Of a stretch of DNA of 64,000 bases, positions 8,990-17,196 are shown in pieces. The notes under the pieces were generated by a model. That model saw nothing but the letters and a program-made list of their open reading frames with translations. It was not told the DNA's origin and did no database searches. A program made the translations under genes and the position numbers. The DNA is from Escherichia phage vB_EcoM_JS09, in sequence record NC_024124.2. The stretch is one strand, 5' to 3'. Position 1 is the first letter of the stretch; each line of letters begins with the position of its first letter.

Positions 8990-9478
8990 ATGAATATATT
9001 TGAAATGCTTCGTAATGACGAAGGTCTTAGACTGACTTTATACAAAGACACTGAAGGCTTTTGGACGATTGGCATAGGCCATTTAGTAACAAAGAACCCG
9101 TCTTTAGCCGTAGCTAAAGCTGAACTTGACAGAATGATCGGTCGTAAATGCAACGGTACAATTACCCTTGATGAGGCTGAAAAGCTATTTAATGAAGACG
9201 TTGATAAAGCCGTCCGCGGAATCTTGGGTAATGCTAAACTTAAACCGGTATATGATTCTTTAGATGCAGTTCGTCGATGTGCATTGGTCAATATGGTCTT
9301 CCAAATGGGTGTAGCAGGTGTAGCTGGTTTTACTAATTCTCTTCGTATGCTTCAACAAAAACGTTGGGATGAAGCGGCAGTAAATCTAGCCCAATCTAAA
9401 TGGTATCGTCAGACACCTAATCGCGCGAAACGCGTAATCTCAACATTTAAAACAGGAACTTGGAAAGCGTATATATGA
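8990..9478 (+). CDS. e: T4-type lysozyme (endolysin)
   Basis: [32 protein letters not shown]... near-identical to T4 lysozyme as recalled; GGAGG before ATG at 8990 (8978 in the track is a GTG). Confidence 0.95.
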   Translation: MNIFEMLRNDEGLRLTLYKDTEGFWTIGIGHLVTKNPSLAVAKAELDRMIGRKCNGTITLDEAEKLFNEDVDKAVRGILGNAKLKPVYDSLDAVRRCALVNMVFQMGVAGVAGFTNSLRMLQQKRWDEAAVNLAQSKWYRQTPNRAKRVISTFKTGTWKAYI

Positions 9479-9756
9479 AAACATATAGTGAATTTTTATC
9501 AGAATCTATTCTTAACGAAGCTACTGACACATTTGCGACTAAGCTAGGTGCAGCTTTGGTTGAAGCTGAAAGTCTATTAGCACGTATTTCTGAACTTGCT
9601 AGTAAGATAGATACTCGCAAATTTGAGCGCACCAGTGATATCGTTAAGCTTGAAGCATTGTTGCGTATGTGCGATAAGCCAGAAGAAATCGCTAAGAACG
9701 GCTCGCTGATGAAACAACGTCTTGAAAAATATATTTCAGGCGCTTCAGAAAAATAG
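9475..9756 (+). CDS. internal head protein-like (93 aa)
   Basis: N-terminus [10 protein letters not shown] matches the capsid-targeting sequence; ATGA overlap with e. Confidence 0.7.
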   Translation: MKTYSEFLSESILNEATDTFATKLGAALVEAESLLARISELASKIDTRKFERTSDIVKLEALLRMCDKPEEIAKNGSLMKQRLEKYISGASEK

Positions 9757-9814
9757 TGTTTACTTCCTCCAATGGTTTTGATACTATACATTCATCAACT
9801 ACTTGGAGGAAATT

Positions 9815-10228
9815 ATGACTCGTATCAATTTAACACTTGTTTCTGAACTGGCCGACCAACATCTTATGGCTGAGTATCGTGAATTACCACGCGTATTTGG
9901 TGCAGTCCGTAAACATGTTCAAAACGGTAAACGTGTAAAGGATTTTAAAATCTCTCCAACATTTATCTTAGGCACAGGTCACGTAACATTCTTTTACGAC
10001 AAACTCGAATTTTTACGTTTACGCCAAATCGAGCTAATCGCTGAATGCTTGAAACGTGGTTTCAAAATCAAGGACACGACTGTCCAGGATATTTCCGACA
10101 TCCCTGCCGAATTTTGTAATAATTATGTCCCGTCCGAAGCGTCCATTGCGATAAGTCAAGCACGCTTAGATGAAAAAATTGCTCAACGTCCGACTTGGTA
10201 CAAATACTATGGTAAATCAATTTACTAA
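9815..10228 (+). CDS. denV: endonuclease V, pyrimidine-dimer DNA glycosylase
   Basis: [31 protein letters not shown]... about 90 percent identical to T4 endo V as recalled; GGAGGA upstream. Confidence 0.95.
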   Translation: MTRINLTLVSELADQHLMAEYRELPRVFGAVRKHVQNGKRVKDFKISPTFILGTGHVTFFYDKLEFLRLRQIELIAECLKRGFKIKDTTVQDISDIPAEFCNNYVPSEASIAISQARLDEKIAQRPTWYKYYGKSIY

Positions 10229-10234
10229 GGAAAA

Positions 10235-10351
10235 ATGAAAATGTATCAAGAATTTATCATTGAAGCAGAGGCCAAAGGTCCTAAAGTAGATGTTGACGAT
10301 ATTGGATATGATTTTAACAACTTCGGAATTATTTCTGGCGGTAAAGCTTAA
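10235..10351 (+). CDS. mini internal-protein-like ORF (38 aa)
   Basis: Not in ORF track; MKMYQEFIIEAE... is a capsid-targeting-like N-terminus followed by only about 28 residues. Confidence 0.4.
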   Translation: MKMYQEFIIEAEAKGPKVDVDDIGYDFNNFGIISGGKA

Positions 10352-10354
10352 ACG

Positions 10355-10384
10355 GTTTACGCTTAAGTATTAATATGGTATAAT
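10355..10384 (+). promoter_or_regulatory. T4-type early promoter
   Basis: GTTTAC (10355-10360), 18-nt spacer, TGgTATAAT (10376-10384). Confidence 0.6.
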
Positions 10385-10414
10385 TGCTCTATCAAAACAA
10401 ACAAGGAAACAAAA

Positions 10415-10729
10415 ATGAAAACGTATAAAGAATTTATTGCAGAATCCGCCAACCAACGCGTTGAAGGTGGTTATATTTGGATTGAACAAGTTGAGCCACC
10501 GAGCCGCACTTCTACAGGTAAATGGAAAATTACTGTTGATGGTCCTGGTGGTAAACGTAGGACTCTTAAAGAAATTAACGGGTACTATGAAGAAGCTCTT
10601 TCGGATGCAGGAACTTACATGATGCAAATCATGATTAAAAACCCTGAAAACCGTTTTGCAGCTAAAGTCTTCCGCCGTATTGGTAATAAACTTTATGATG
10701 CATATTCTAAAAACTTCCCTAAAGAATAA
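10415..10729 (+). CDS. internal head protein-like (104 aa)
   Basis: N-terminus MKTYKEFIAE; AAGGAAA upstream. Confidence 0.75.
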   Translation: MKTYKEFIAESANQRVEGGYIWIEQVEPPSRTSTGKWKITVDGPGGKRRTLKEINGYYEEALSDAGTYMMQIMIKNPENRFAAKVFRRIGNKLYDAYSKNFPKE

Positions 10730-10755
10730 CATAAATTAAAACAATAGGAAAAAAA

Positions 10756-11058
10756 ATGAAAACATATCAAGAATTTATTACTGAAGCGCGAGTGAGTGCA
10801 GGTAAATTAGAAGCCGCTATAAATAAAAAGGCCCATTCATTTCATGATTTGTCCGATAAAGACCGTAAGAAACTTGTAAGCCTTTATATTGACAAAGAGC
10901 GTATTCTCGCTCTTCCTGGCGCTAATGAAGGTAAACAGGCCAAGCCTTTGAATGCTGTCGAAAAGAAAATTGATAACTTTGCTTCTAAATTCGGTATGTC
11001 TATGGATGACCTTCAGCAAGCGGCTATCGAAGCAGCTAAAGTAATTAAAGGTAAATAA
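10756..11058 (+). CDS. internal head protein-like (100 aa)
   Basis: N-terminus MKTYQEFITEA; T4 IP-sized. Confidence 0.75.
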   Translation: MKTYQEFITEARVSAGKLEAAINKKAHSFHDLSDKDRKKLVSLYIDKERILALPGANEGKQAKPLNAVEKKIDNFASKFGMSMDDLQQAAIEAAKVIKGK

Positions 11059-11115
11059 CAGTTTACTTTCTCCTAGAATTGTGATAGTATATTCATAATT
11101 ACTTGGATGGGTAAA

Positions 11116-11244
11116 ATGACTTATATTAATTTGACTTTAGTATCTAAATTTGCTGATCAACATTTAATCGCCGAATACTGTGAATTGCCACGTGTTTTTG
11201 GTATAATTCGTAAACACGTGGCAAAAATATTTACATTCAAATAA
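11116..11244 (+). pseudogene. truncated second copy of denV 5' end (42 codons)
   Basis: Translates [42 protein letters not shown], matching the denV N-terminus at 9815 and then stopping; has its own GTTTAC promoter at 11061. Confidence 0.6.
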
Positions 11245-11387
11245 AATGGGAACAACCTGGACCTCATGATTCTATGAGGGATTCCCGCCAACCTGTAATA
11301 AGGTCGAGCCCAAGTGCGGTAATGGGTAAATACAGAAATGGACAATTCATGCGCCATGGAATGGCCCCCAACCTTAAGAGAAATAAT

Positions 11388-11927
11388 ATGAGAACATTTT
11401 TAACTGGACCTTATCTATCCCTGATGAATGCTTTTACACACCATTCTGATGCTAGAGTAGAAGAAATTTGTAAGAACGGTTATGCCCCACCATTTGAAGA
11501 CGTACTCAAGCAGTACTGTACACTTCGTTTAGACGGCGGCAGACAATCAGGTAAATCGACCGCAGTAACTAATTTTGCTGTTAATTGGCTGTATGACGGT
11601 GGAACAGTTATTGTTCTTTCTAATACTTCAGCTTATTCTAAAATTTCTGCTGGCAACATTGAAAAAGAATTTTCTCGTTATTCTAGCGACGATATTCGAT
11701 TCCGTTTATTTACTGATTCTGTCCGTAGTTTTATTGGCAATGAAGGTTCTAAATTCCGTGGATTAACGCTTTCTCGTATTCTGTATATAATTGACGAGCC
11801 TATTAAAGCTCCTGATATGGATAAGATTTACAACATACATATTAAAACAGTCCAACACTGTTGCAAAAGCAAATATTGCATCGGCGGTATTGCTCGTCCT
11901 CAATTTTTTGTGATTGGAATGCAATGA
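11388..11927 (+). CDS. P-loop NTPase-like protein (179 aa)
   Basis: Walker A GGRQSGKST and Walker B-like ILYIIDEP; start set at ATG 11388 (AAGAGAAA upstream); in-frame ATGs at 11274 and 11322 are alternatives. Confidence 0.55.
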   Translation: MRTFLTGPYLSLMNAFTHHSDARVEEICKNGYAPPFEDVLKQYCTLRLDGGRQSGKSTAVTNFAVNWLYDGGTVIVLSNTSAYSKISAGNIEKEFSRYSSDDIRFRLFTDSVRSFIGNEGSKFRGLTLSRILYIIDEPIKAPDMDKIYNIHIKTVQHCCKSKYCIGGIARPQFFVIGMQ

Positions 11928-12232
11928 TGACCACTATTGAAGTTTTTGAGTATTGTTATAACAGCCCAGTATGCAATAAAAGGGCTCTTGTAGAAAATTA
12001 CGAGATCTACCATTTTAAACCTAAACGATATTGTTTGACTAAAGGTCCGTTCGCAGGTCAGCAGGTTCTTTGTACTGCTCCTAATGCACGGTTGATGACT
12101 AGTATTCCGCATTTCAAAATGGAATTTATTGATGGGCCGTTTAAGGGATTAATCACTCAAAGTTTAATGGCGTTTAATTCCGTCCCATTTTTGATTAAAG
12201 AAAAAACTTGGATAAATTTATTTTCTAATTGA
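11924..12232 (+). CDS. hypothetical protein (102 aa)
   Basis: ORF track trimmed to ATGATG at 11924 (overlaps upstream stop). Confidence 0.5.
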   Translation: MMTTIEVFEYCYNSPVCNKRALVENYEIYHFKPKRYCLTKGPFAGQQVLCTAPNARLMTSIPHFKMEFIDGPFKGLITQSLMAFNSVPFLIKEKTWINLFSN

Positions 12233-12238
12233 GGTTAT

Positions 12239-12601
12239 ATGAAAGCATATCAAATTCTTGAAGGTGCGCATAAAGGCACTATTTATTTTGAAGACGGTAC
12301 TCAGGCCCGGATTATTGTCTCTAAGACTTTTAAAGAAGACGCTATTGTAGACCCGGAAATTTTCTACGGTTTGAATGCCCGTGAAATTGAAATTGAACAT
12401 CAACCTAAAGTTAAAATTGAAGGTGGTCAACACCTGAACGTTAACGTTCTGCGTCGTGAAACTCTGGAAGATGCAGTTAAGCATCCGGAAAAATATCCTC
12501 AGCTGACCATCCGTGTATCCGGTTATGCAGTTCGCTTTAACTCTCTGACTCCAGAACAGCAGCGCGACGTTATCGCTCGTACCTTTACTGAGAGTCTATA
12601 A
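12239..12601 (+). CDS. grcA: GrcA/YfiD-like autonomous glycyl radical cofactor
   Basis: C-terminus [63 protein letters not shown] carries the RVSGYAV glycyl-radical motif; C-terminal half uses CTG/CGT-rich host-like codons. Confidence 0.85.
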   Translation: MKAYQILEGAHKGTIYFEDGTQARIIVSKTFKEDAIVDPEIFYGLNAREIEIEHQPKVKIEGGQHLNVNVLRRETLEDAVKHPEKYPQLTIRVSGYAVRFNSLTPEQQRDVIARTFTESL

Positions 12602-12825
12602 TGGCTAAATTGATTATAGAAGGGTCTGAAGATGTTTTAAAATGTTTTGCCGCCTGGTTTAGTTGCTCAGGCGAGCAATCATTCACTGAAGCATTTAGAA
12701 TGGGTGATATTACCGGAAACTATCCGACAACTGATATCACTGTACGTGGATATGGTATTAATGAGCCTATCCAATTGGTCGAATATGACCTTGCCACCGA
12801 TGAGGAAATTCCTTATGTCGATTGA
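12601..12825 (+). CDS. hypothetical protein (74 aa)
   Basis: ORF track; ATAATG overlap. Confidence 0.5.
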   Translation: MAKLIIEGSEDVLKCFAAWFSCSGEQSFTEAFRMGDITGNYPTTDITVRGYGINEPIQLVEYDLATDEEIPYVD

Positions 12826-13081
12826 AGATATTAAAGGTTACAAACCGCACACCGATGACAAAATCGGCAAAGTGAACGCTATTAAAGATGCCGAAGTCCG
12901 TCTTGGATTGATGTTTGATGCTCTGATTGAAGAAGCATATATCTTGAAAGAAAATGAAACAGAGCAACAAACCAAAGAAGATATGGATGCAGTGCAGGCT
13001 CTTAAGTACGCTAAGCAACATCTAAAAGAAGCCAGCATGTGGGCGTGTCGTGCAGTATTTCGACCTGAGGAAAAATACTAA
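12815..13081 (+). CDS. hypothetical protein (88 aa)
   Basis: ORF track frame 12647 trimmed to ATG at 12815; short overlap with upstream gene. Confidence 0.45.
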   Translation: MSIEDIKGYKPHTDDKIGKVNAIKDAEVRLGLMFDALIEEAYILKENETEQQTKEDMDAVQALKYAKQHLKEASMWACRAVFRPEEKY

Positions 13082-13296
13082 TGGCTTCTACTATTACTGG
13101 GTTATTGGACTTTCAAGAAAAGGTCAACAAAATTTGTAGTGAATACTTAAAGTATCTTGAAGAAGACCTTGAAGATTGTAAGGAAGAAGGCGAAGAAGAC
13201 TATGCTGACCAGCGCCGACGCCAAATCGAAGAGATGAGGCATTTCGCCGATATGGTATCTAAAGAATCTTGGGCTTTAACTCCATTTTATCAATAA
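13081..13296 (+). CDS. hypothetical acidic protein (71 aa)
   Basis: ORF track; TAATG overlap. Confidence 0.5.
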   Translation: MASTITGLLDFQEKVNKICSEYLKYLEEDLEDCKEEGEEDYADQRRRQIEEMRHFADMVSKESWALTPFYQ

Positions 13297-13300
13297 AGTA

Positions 13301-13329
13301 GTTTACTTCTCCTCTAGTTGTGTTACTAT
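13301..13329 (+). promoter_or_regulatory. T4-type early promoter with 14-bp inverted repeat
   Basis: GTTTAC (13301-13306), 17-nt spacer, TACTAT (13324-13329); TTCTCCTCTAGTTG (13307-13320) is the perfect reverse complement of CAACTAGAGGAGAA (13339-13352), which holds the SD of the next gene. Confidence 0.65.
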
Positions 13330-13357
13330 AGACCTTGTCAACTAGAGGAGAAACCAA

Positions 13358-13816
13358 ATGACTATCAATTCGGAAGTTTTTATCCGCCGTAATAAACTCC
13401 GTCGAATCTTTGAAACGGAGTTCCGCAAAATAAATGCCGGTATAAAAGATGCTGCAAAGTCTCTTGGACTACCAGGCTTTCATATCAAGTATTCTCAACA
13501 TCTCTTAGATCGTGCCATCCAGAGAGAAATAGATGAGAATTACGTTTTTGAATTATTTCATAAAGTAAAAAATCATGTTAAAGAAGTTGCAGAATTTTTA
13601 TCAATGCCGGCACGTCCAGATGTTGATGAAGATTTTGTCGAAGGTGTCGAATATCGCCCAGGCCGTTTAGAAATAACTGATGGAAATCTTTGGTTAGGAC
13701 TTACAGTTTGTCGCGAAAATCCAGCATTCAAAATGAAGACTCTTCAATGTAGAATGGCTATTATTAACAGTAAACGACTACCAGGAAAAGCTTCTAAAGC
13801 AGTGATTAAAATCTAG
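13358..13816 (+). CDS. regB: RegB-like endoribonuclease (152 aa)
   Basis: Size and position between denV and tk as in T4; sequence matches my recollection of RegB; GAGGAGAA upstream. Confidence 0.55.
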   Translation: MTINSEVFIRRNKLRRIFETEFRKINAGIKDAAKSLGLPGFHIKYSQHLLDRAIQREIDENYVFELFHKVKNHVKEVAEFLSMPARPDVDEDFVEGVEYRPGRLEITDGNLWLGLTVCRENPAFKMKTLQCRMAIINSKRLPGKASKAVIKI

Positions 13817-13824
13817 AGGTAAAC

Positions 13825-14367
13825 ATGAGAAAAGCACTACTCGCTGGTCTATTTGCTCTTTCGTTATCAGCACATAGCTCCGAGCATACTTTTAGTAATG
13901 TCCAACTCGATAACTTGAATTATGCTTATCAGTTTGGGGAACAGTTTTCTAAGGACGGAAAATTTAAAACGCATGAAAATATGCATAAGAAAGGACTTGG
14001 ATACATAATGGCCGCAATACTATGGCAGGAATCATCTGCTGGTATTAATCTTAAAGATAAGAAAGGTCACCATGCGTATGGAATGTTCCAAAACTATCTA
14101 CCAACAATGAGGGCAAGAATTAACCAGCTTGGTTATAATATGACTGATGCCCAAATTAAGAAAATGCTATCTAAGCGGTCTAATTCAACCAGATGGGCTT
14201 ATATCGAATTTTCTTATTGGTTAAATATACATAATGGGGATATAAGAAAAGCTATATCCTCATACAATGCGGGATGGAAGACAAGTGCTGGAAGTAAATA
14301 TGCTTCTGAAGTCCTAGAAAAGGCTAATTACCTTAAATCAAATAAACTACTGGAAATAAAAGAATGA
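13825..14367 (+). CDS. secreted lytic transglycosylase-like protein (SLT motifs)
   Basis: Signal peptide MRKALLAGLFALSLSAHS; ILWQESSAG, YGMFQNY and SSYNAGW resemble SLT domain motifs. Confidence 0.6.
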   Translation: MRKALLAGLFALSLSAHSSEHTFSNVQLDNLNYAYQFGEQFSKDGKFKTHENMHKKGLGYIMAAILWQESSAGINLKDKKGHHAYGMFQNYLPTMRARINQLGYNMTDAQIKKMLSKRSNSTRWAYIEFSYWLNIHNGDIRKAISSYNAGWKTSAGSKYASEVLEKANYLKSNKLLEIKE

Positions 14368-14711
14368 CCAAAGTGTTGGCTTTAATAGTTGGCTTGGTTT
14401 CATTTAACGCTCTTGCTAATACTACATATACTGATGTAACGGAGTATACAAACAGAACGGCGTCTGATTATTGTGGTAAAAGTCAAGAGTGTAAAGTAGA
14501 TTTTTCACAAAAATTGTTATATGCGTATAAAGACGGAGAAAAAGATGGGGCGTCTAGTAGGTTCAAGGCGTCTACCTTAATTAAAAGATACTATAAAAAA
14601 TGGCAAATATTAGAATGCTCGGTGGCGGAACCTAAAGATAAGGCAGCATGCAATTCTATGGTGGACCGTCTAGTTGACTCTTATAATAGAGGACTTGCAG
14701 CAAGTGATTAA
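14364..14711 (+). CDS. secreted Cys-containing protein (115 aa)
   Basis: Signal peptide MTKVLALIVGLVSFNALA; ATGA overlap. Confidence 0.55.
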   Translation: MTKVLALIVGLVSFNALANTTYTDVTEYTNRTASDYCGKSQECKVDFSQKLLYAYKDGEKDGASSRFKASTLIKRYYKKWQILECSVAEPKDKAACNSMVDRLVDSYNRGLAASD

Positions 14712-15171
14712 AAACTATATCAAGGGCGATATTGTCGCCCTGTTTTCTAAAGGTAATAATATTGCTCATGGGTGTAATTGTTTTCATACAATGGGCGCCG
14801 GTGTAGCAGGCCAATTAGCAAAGGCTTATCCAAAAATTTTAGAAGCCGATAAACTTCAAACCGAATTCGGAGACAAGTCTAAACTCGGGACTTATTCGGT
14901 TTATGAAAAATATTTTAAGACCCATAAAGCTTATTGCTTTAATCTTTATACGCAGTTTGAGCCGGGACCTAATTTTGAGTACTATGCTTTAATGAATTGT
15001 ATAATAGAATTAAATGAATTCGGAAAGAATAAGATAACAAAGCCTGTAATTTATATGCCAAGAATTGGTGCAGGTATCGGTGGCGGAAACTGGGATGTCA
15101 TCGAAGAGATTTTAGACACATATTCCACTAAACTAGAAATTGTGATTGTTGATTGGGAACCATTATTATGA
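14674..15171 (+). CDS. macro domain protein (ADP-ribose binding/hydrolase fold)
   Basis: NNIAHGCNCFHTMGAGVAGQLAKAYP fits the macro-domain Gly-rich signature; start overlaps upstream gene by 38 nt (only in-frame ATG). Confidence 0.65.
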   Translation: MTLIIEDLQQVIKNYIKGDIVALFSKGNNIAHGCNCFHTMGAGVAGQLAKAYPKILEADKLQTEFGDKSKLGTYSVYEKYFKTHKAYCFNLYTQFEPGPNFEYYALMNCIIELNEFGKNKITKPVIYMPRIGAGIGGGNWDVIEEILDTYSTKLEIVIVDWEPLL

Positions 15172-15380
15172 ATATACATTATCCACATCCATATGACCCA
15201 AAGAATAAGGCAGTAATTATTCGTCAATGGGAACGCATTTGTCGTACCAAATGTCCAATTAATAGTCCACACGATGTAGATAAAGACTACATCGGAACAT
15301 TCGTTGAATATACCTTTATTGATAAGAAAGGCCGTAAACAACATGTAGAAGAATATTGCTTAAAGGTGACATGGTTATGA
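15168..15380 (+). CDS. hypothetical protein (70 aa)
   Basis: ORF track frame (15153 is a TTG); ATG at 15168 overlaps macro-gene stop. Confidence 0.5.
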   Translation: MNIHYPHPYDPKNKAVIIRQWERICRTKCPINSPHDVDKDYIGTFVEYTFIDKKGRKQHVEEYCLKVTWL

Positions 15381-15583
15381 GTCAAACAAAAATTCTTACA
15401 GGTGCTAAATGCGAAAAATGCGAATGGCCTGTAGTTTTTGCTTTATGCAATGACGAAATGGCTTGTGATTTTGATTATTGGTGTTACTGTTCGAACAAAG
15501 GTTGTAGCAATCATAAAGGTGAAGGGTTTTACTCAGGATTTTACCCTTACCCGGATTTTGTTAAAGAAGGTGAACCTAAATGA
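15377..15583 (+). CDS. Cys-rich small protein (68 aa)
   Basis: ORF track trimmed to ATG at 15377; CEKCEW...CDFDYWCYCSNKGC suggests metal binding. Confidence 0.5.
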   Translation: MSQTKILTGAKCEKCEWPVVFALCNDEMACDFDYWCYCSNKGCSNHKGEGFYSGFYPYPDFVKEGEPK

Positions 15584-15762
15584 AATTAACTAAAGAAGAG
15601 AAAGCTAAACTGTTCGAACTTATCCATGACCTATTGGATGAGCAAGCAGCCACCAATGCGTACGATGAATATGCTCCTTTGACGGATGAAGAATATCAAA
15701 CATTGTTGGAATCATTTGACAGGAAAGAACAAGAACTCATTGACTACGTGAATTCACTATAA
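15580..15762 (+). CDS. hypothetical acidic protein (60 aa)
   Basis: ORF track; ATGA overlap. Confidence 0.5.
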   Translation: MKLTKEEKAKLFELIHDLLDEQAATNAYDEYAPLTDEEYQTLLESFDRKEQELIDYVNSL

Positions 15763-15771
15763 GGGACTCTT

Positions 15772-16353
15772 ATGGCTAGTTTAATTTTTACATATGCCGC
15801 TATGAACGCTGGTAAGTCTGCTTCATTACTTACTGCCGCACATAACTATAAAGAACGTGGCATGGGTGTATTAGTTCTTAAACCGGCTATTGATACTCGC
15901 GATTCAAAAGGTGAAATAGTCTCTCGTATTGGTATTCGTCAGGACGCCAATATAATTACAAAAGACATGGATATCTTTGAATTCTATAAATGGGCTGCAG
16001 CACAAAAGGATATTCATTGTGTATTTGTTGACGAAGCTCAATTCTTAACTACTGAAAAGGTGTATCAACTTAGTCGTATTGTTGACGTATACAATGTGCC
16101 GGTAATGGCATATGGACTACGAACAGATTTTAAAGGTAATCTATTTGAAGGTTCTCAAGCATTAATGGCTATTGCCGATAAGCTTGTTGAACTTAAAGGT
16201 GTCTGTCATTGTGGTAAAAAGGCCACAATGGTAGCTAGAGTCACGGAAGACGGACTTCCAATTACAGATGGCAGTCAAATTGAAATTGGTGATACCGATA
16301 GATATGTGTCATTATGCCGGAAGCATTGGAATGATTTGACAGGGTTGTTATAA
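15772..16353 (+). CDS. tk: thymidine kinase
   Basis: P-loop TYAAMNAGKSASLL, FVDEAQF and C-terminal Cys cluster; T4 tk-like. Confidence 0.9.
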   Translation: MASLIFTYAAMNAGKSASLLTAAHNYKERGMGVLVLKPAIDTRDSKGEIVSRIGIRQDANIITKDMDIFEFYKWAAAQKDIHCVFVDEAQFLTTEKVYQLSRIVDVYNVPVMAYGLRTDFKGNLFEGSQALMAIADKLVELKGVCHCGKKATMVARVTEDGLPITDGSQIEIGDTDRYVSLCRKHWNDLTGLL

Positions 16354-16380
16354 ATACTAATATCTAACCAAGAGGTATAT

Positions 16381-16593
16381 ATGCAGCAATTAAACGAAAG
16401 ACAACTTCGTAATCTTACTGTAACCCAATTGGATGAAATCCGAAGAGAATTAGGACATTCTATTTCTCATTTAAACGAGGATATCCGTCAAACTGGTTCT
16501 AAAGCTGATTATACACGCAAGCGCAAGCTGGAAAAATACCTCACAGATGTTAAGGCCGTCCAAAGGCGAAAAATAAATACTGGCCAAAATTAA
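16381..16593 (+). CDS. hypothetical protein (70 aa)
   Basis: ORF track; AAGAGG upstream. Confidence 0.5.
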   Translation: MQQLNERQLRNLTVTQLDEIRRELGHSISHLNEDIRQTGSKADYTRKRKLEKYLTDVKAVQRRKINTGQN

Positions 16594-16605
16594 CAGGAGG
16601 CCTAT

Positions 16606-16908
16606 ATGGCCTTAAGAGCGATAGCTGTCATGGCGATGCTGGGGTTTTTTGCAGCAACAACTCCTATCGTTGGTACTGCATATATCGACCCATATTTTGA
16701 TAACTTTATGGAATCAGGGATTAAAAACGTATATACTTTGTTTGAAATTCAAAATGTCGAGAATTCTGAAAAATTCTATAAGTATATGGCAAAGCATTAC
16801 AAAAATAGCCCCTGTGATGATGCATTTGAATGTCATGAACAAGGCATAAAAACTGCCAGACAATTTGCCGAGTTCATGAAAATAAAATTAGAGCCTACAT
16901 CTATCTAA
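16606..16908 (+). CDS. rI: lysis-inhibition protein RI-like (secreted, 100 aa)
   Basis: N-terminal MALRAIAVMAMLGFF signal-anchor and overall sequence match my recollection of T4 RI; AGGAGG upstream. Confidence 0.6.
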   Translation: MALRAIAVMAMLGFFAATTPIVGTAYIDPYFDNFMESGIKNVYTLFEIQNVENSEKFYKYMAKHYKNSPCDDAFECHEQGIKTARQFAEFMKIKLEPTSI

Positions 16909-16914
16909 TTTACT

Positions 16915-16943
16915 AGCCCCTTCCTTACGGTTGGGGCTTTTTT
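16915..16943 (+). terminator. intrinsic terminator (same family as 745)
   Basis: AGCCCC / GGGGCT stem followed by a T-run. Confidence 0.7.
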
Positions 16944-16953
16944 GCATTTAGCA

Positions 16954-16982
16954 GTTTACTTCTCCTCAGGTTGTGTTATAGT
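16954..16982 (+). promoter_or_regulatory. T4-type early promoter
   Basis: GTTTAC (16954-16959), 17-nt spacer, TATAGT (16977-16982) with upstream TG; TTCTCCTC complements the downstream GAGGAGAA SD. Confidence 0.6.
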
Positions 16983-17009
16983 AGTCCTTACTTACTAGAG
17001 GAGAACGTT

Positions 17010-17189
17010 ATGTCACGTAAAGAAAAAATTTCTAAGTTAATGTTTTTGATTGAAGAGTACGCTAATGCTGTATCTGATTGGGAAAATGCTCATGGTTGCG
17101 AAGATGGAGACATCGACATTAACAGAGCTATGAAAAAGATGACCGATGCCCACACCGAATTGCAAATGTATGTTAACGAGATTATGTGA
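17010..17189 (+). CDS. hypothetical protein (59 aa)
   Basis: ORF track frame (16971 is a TTG) trimmed to ATG at 17010 after GAGGAGAA. Confidence 0.5.
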   Translation: MSRKEKISKLMFLIEEYANAVSDWENAHGCEDGDIDINRAMKKMTDAHTELQMYVNEIM

Positions 17190-17196
17190 GGATATT

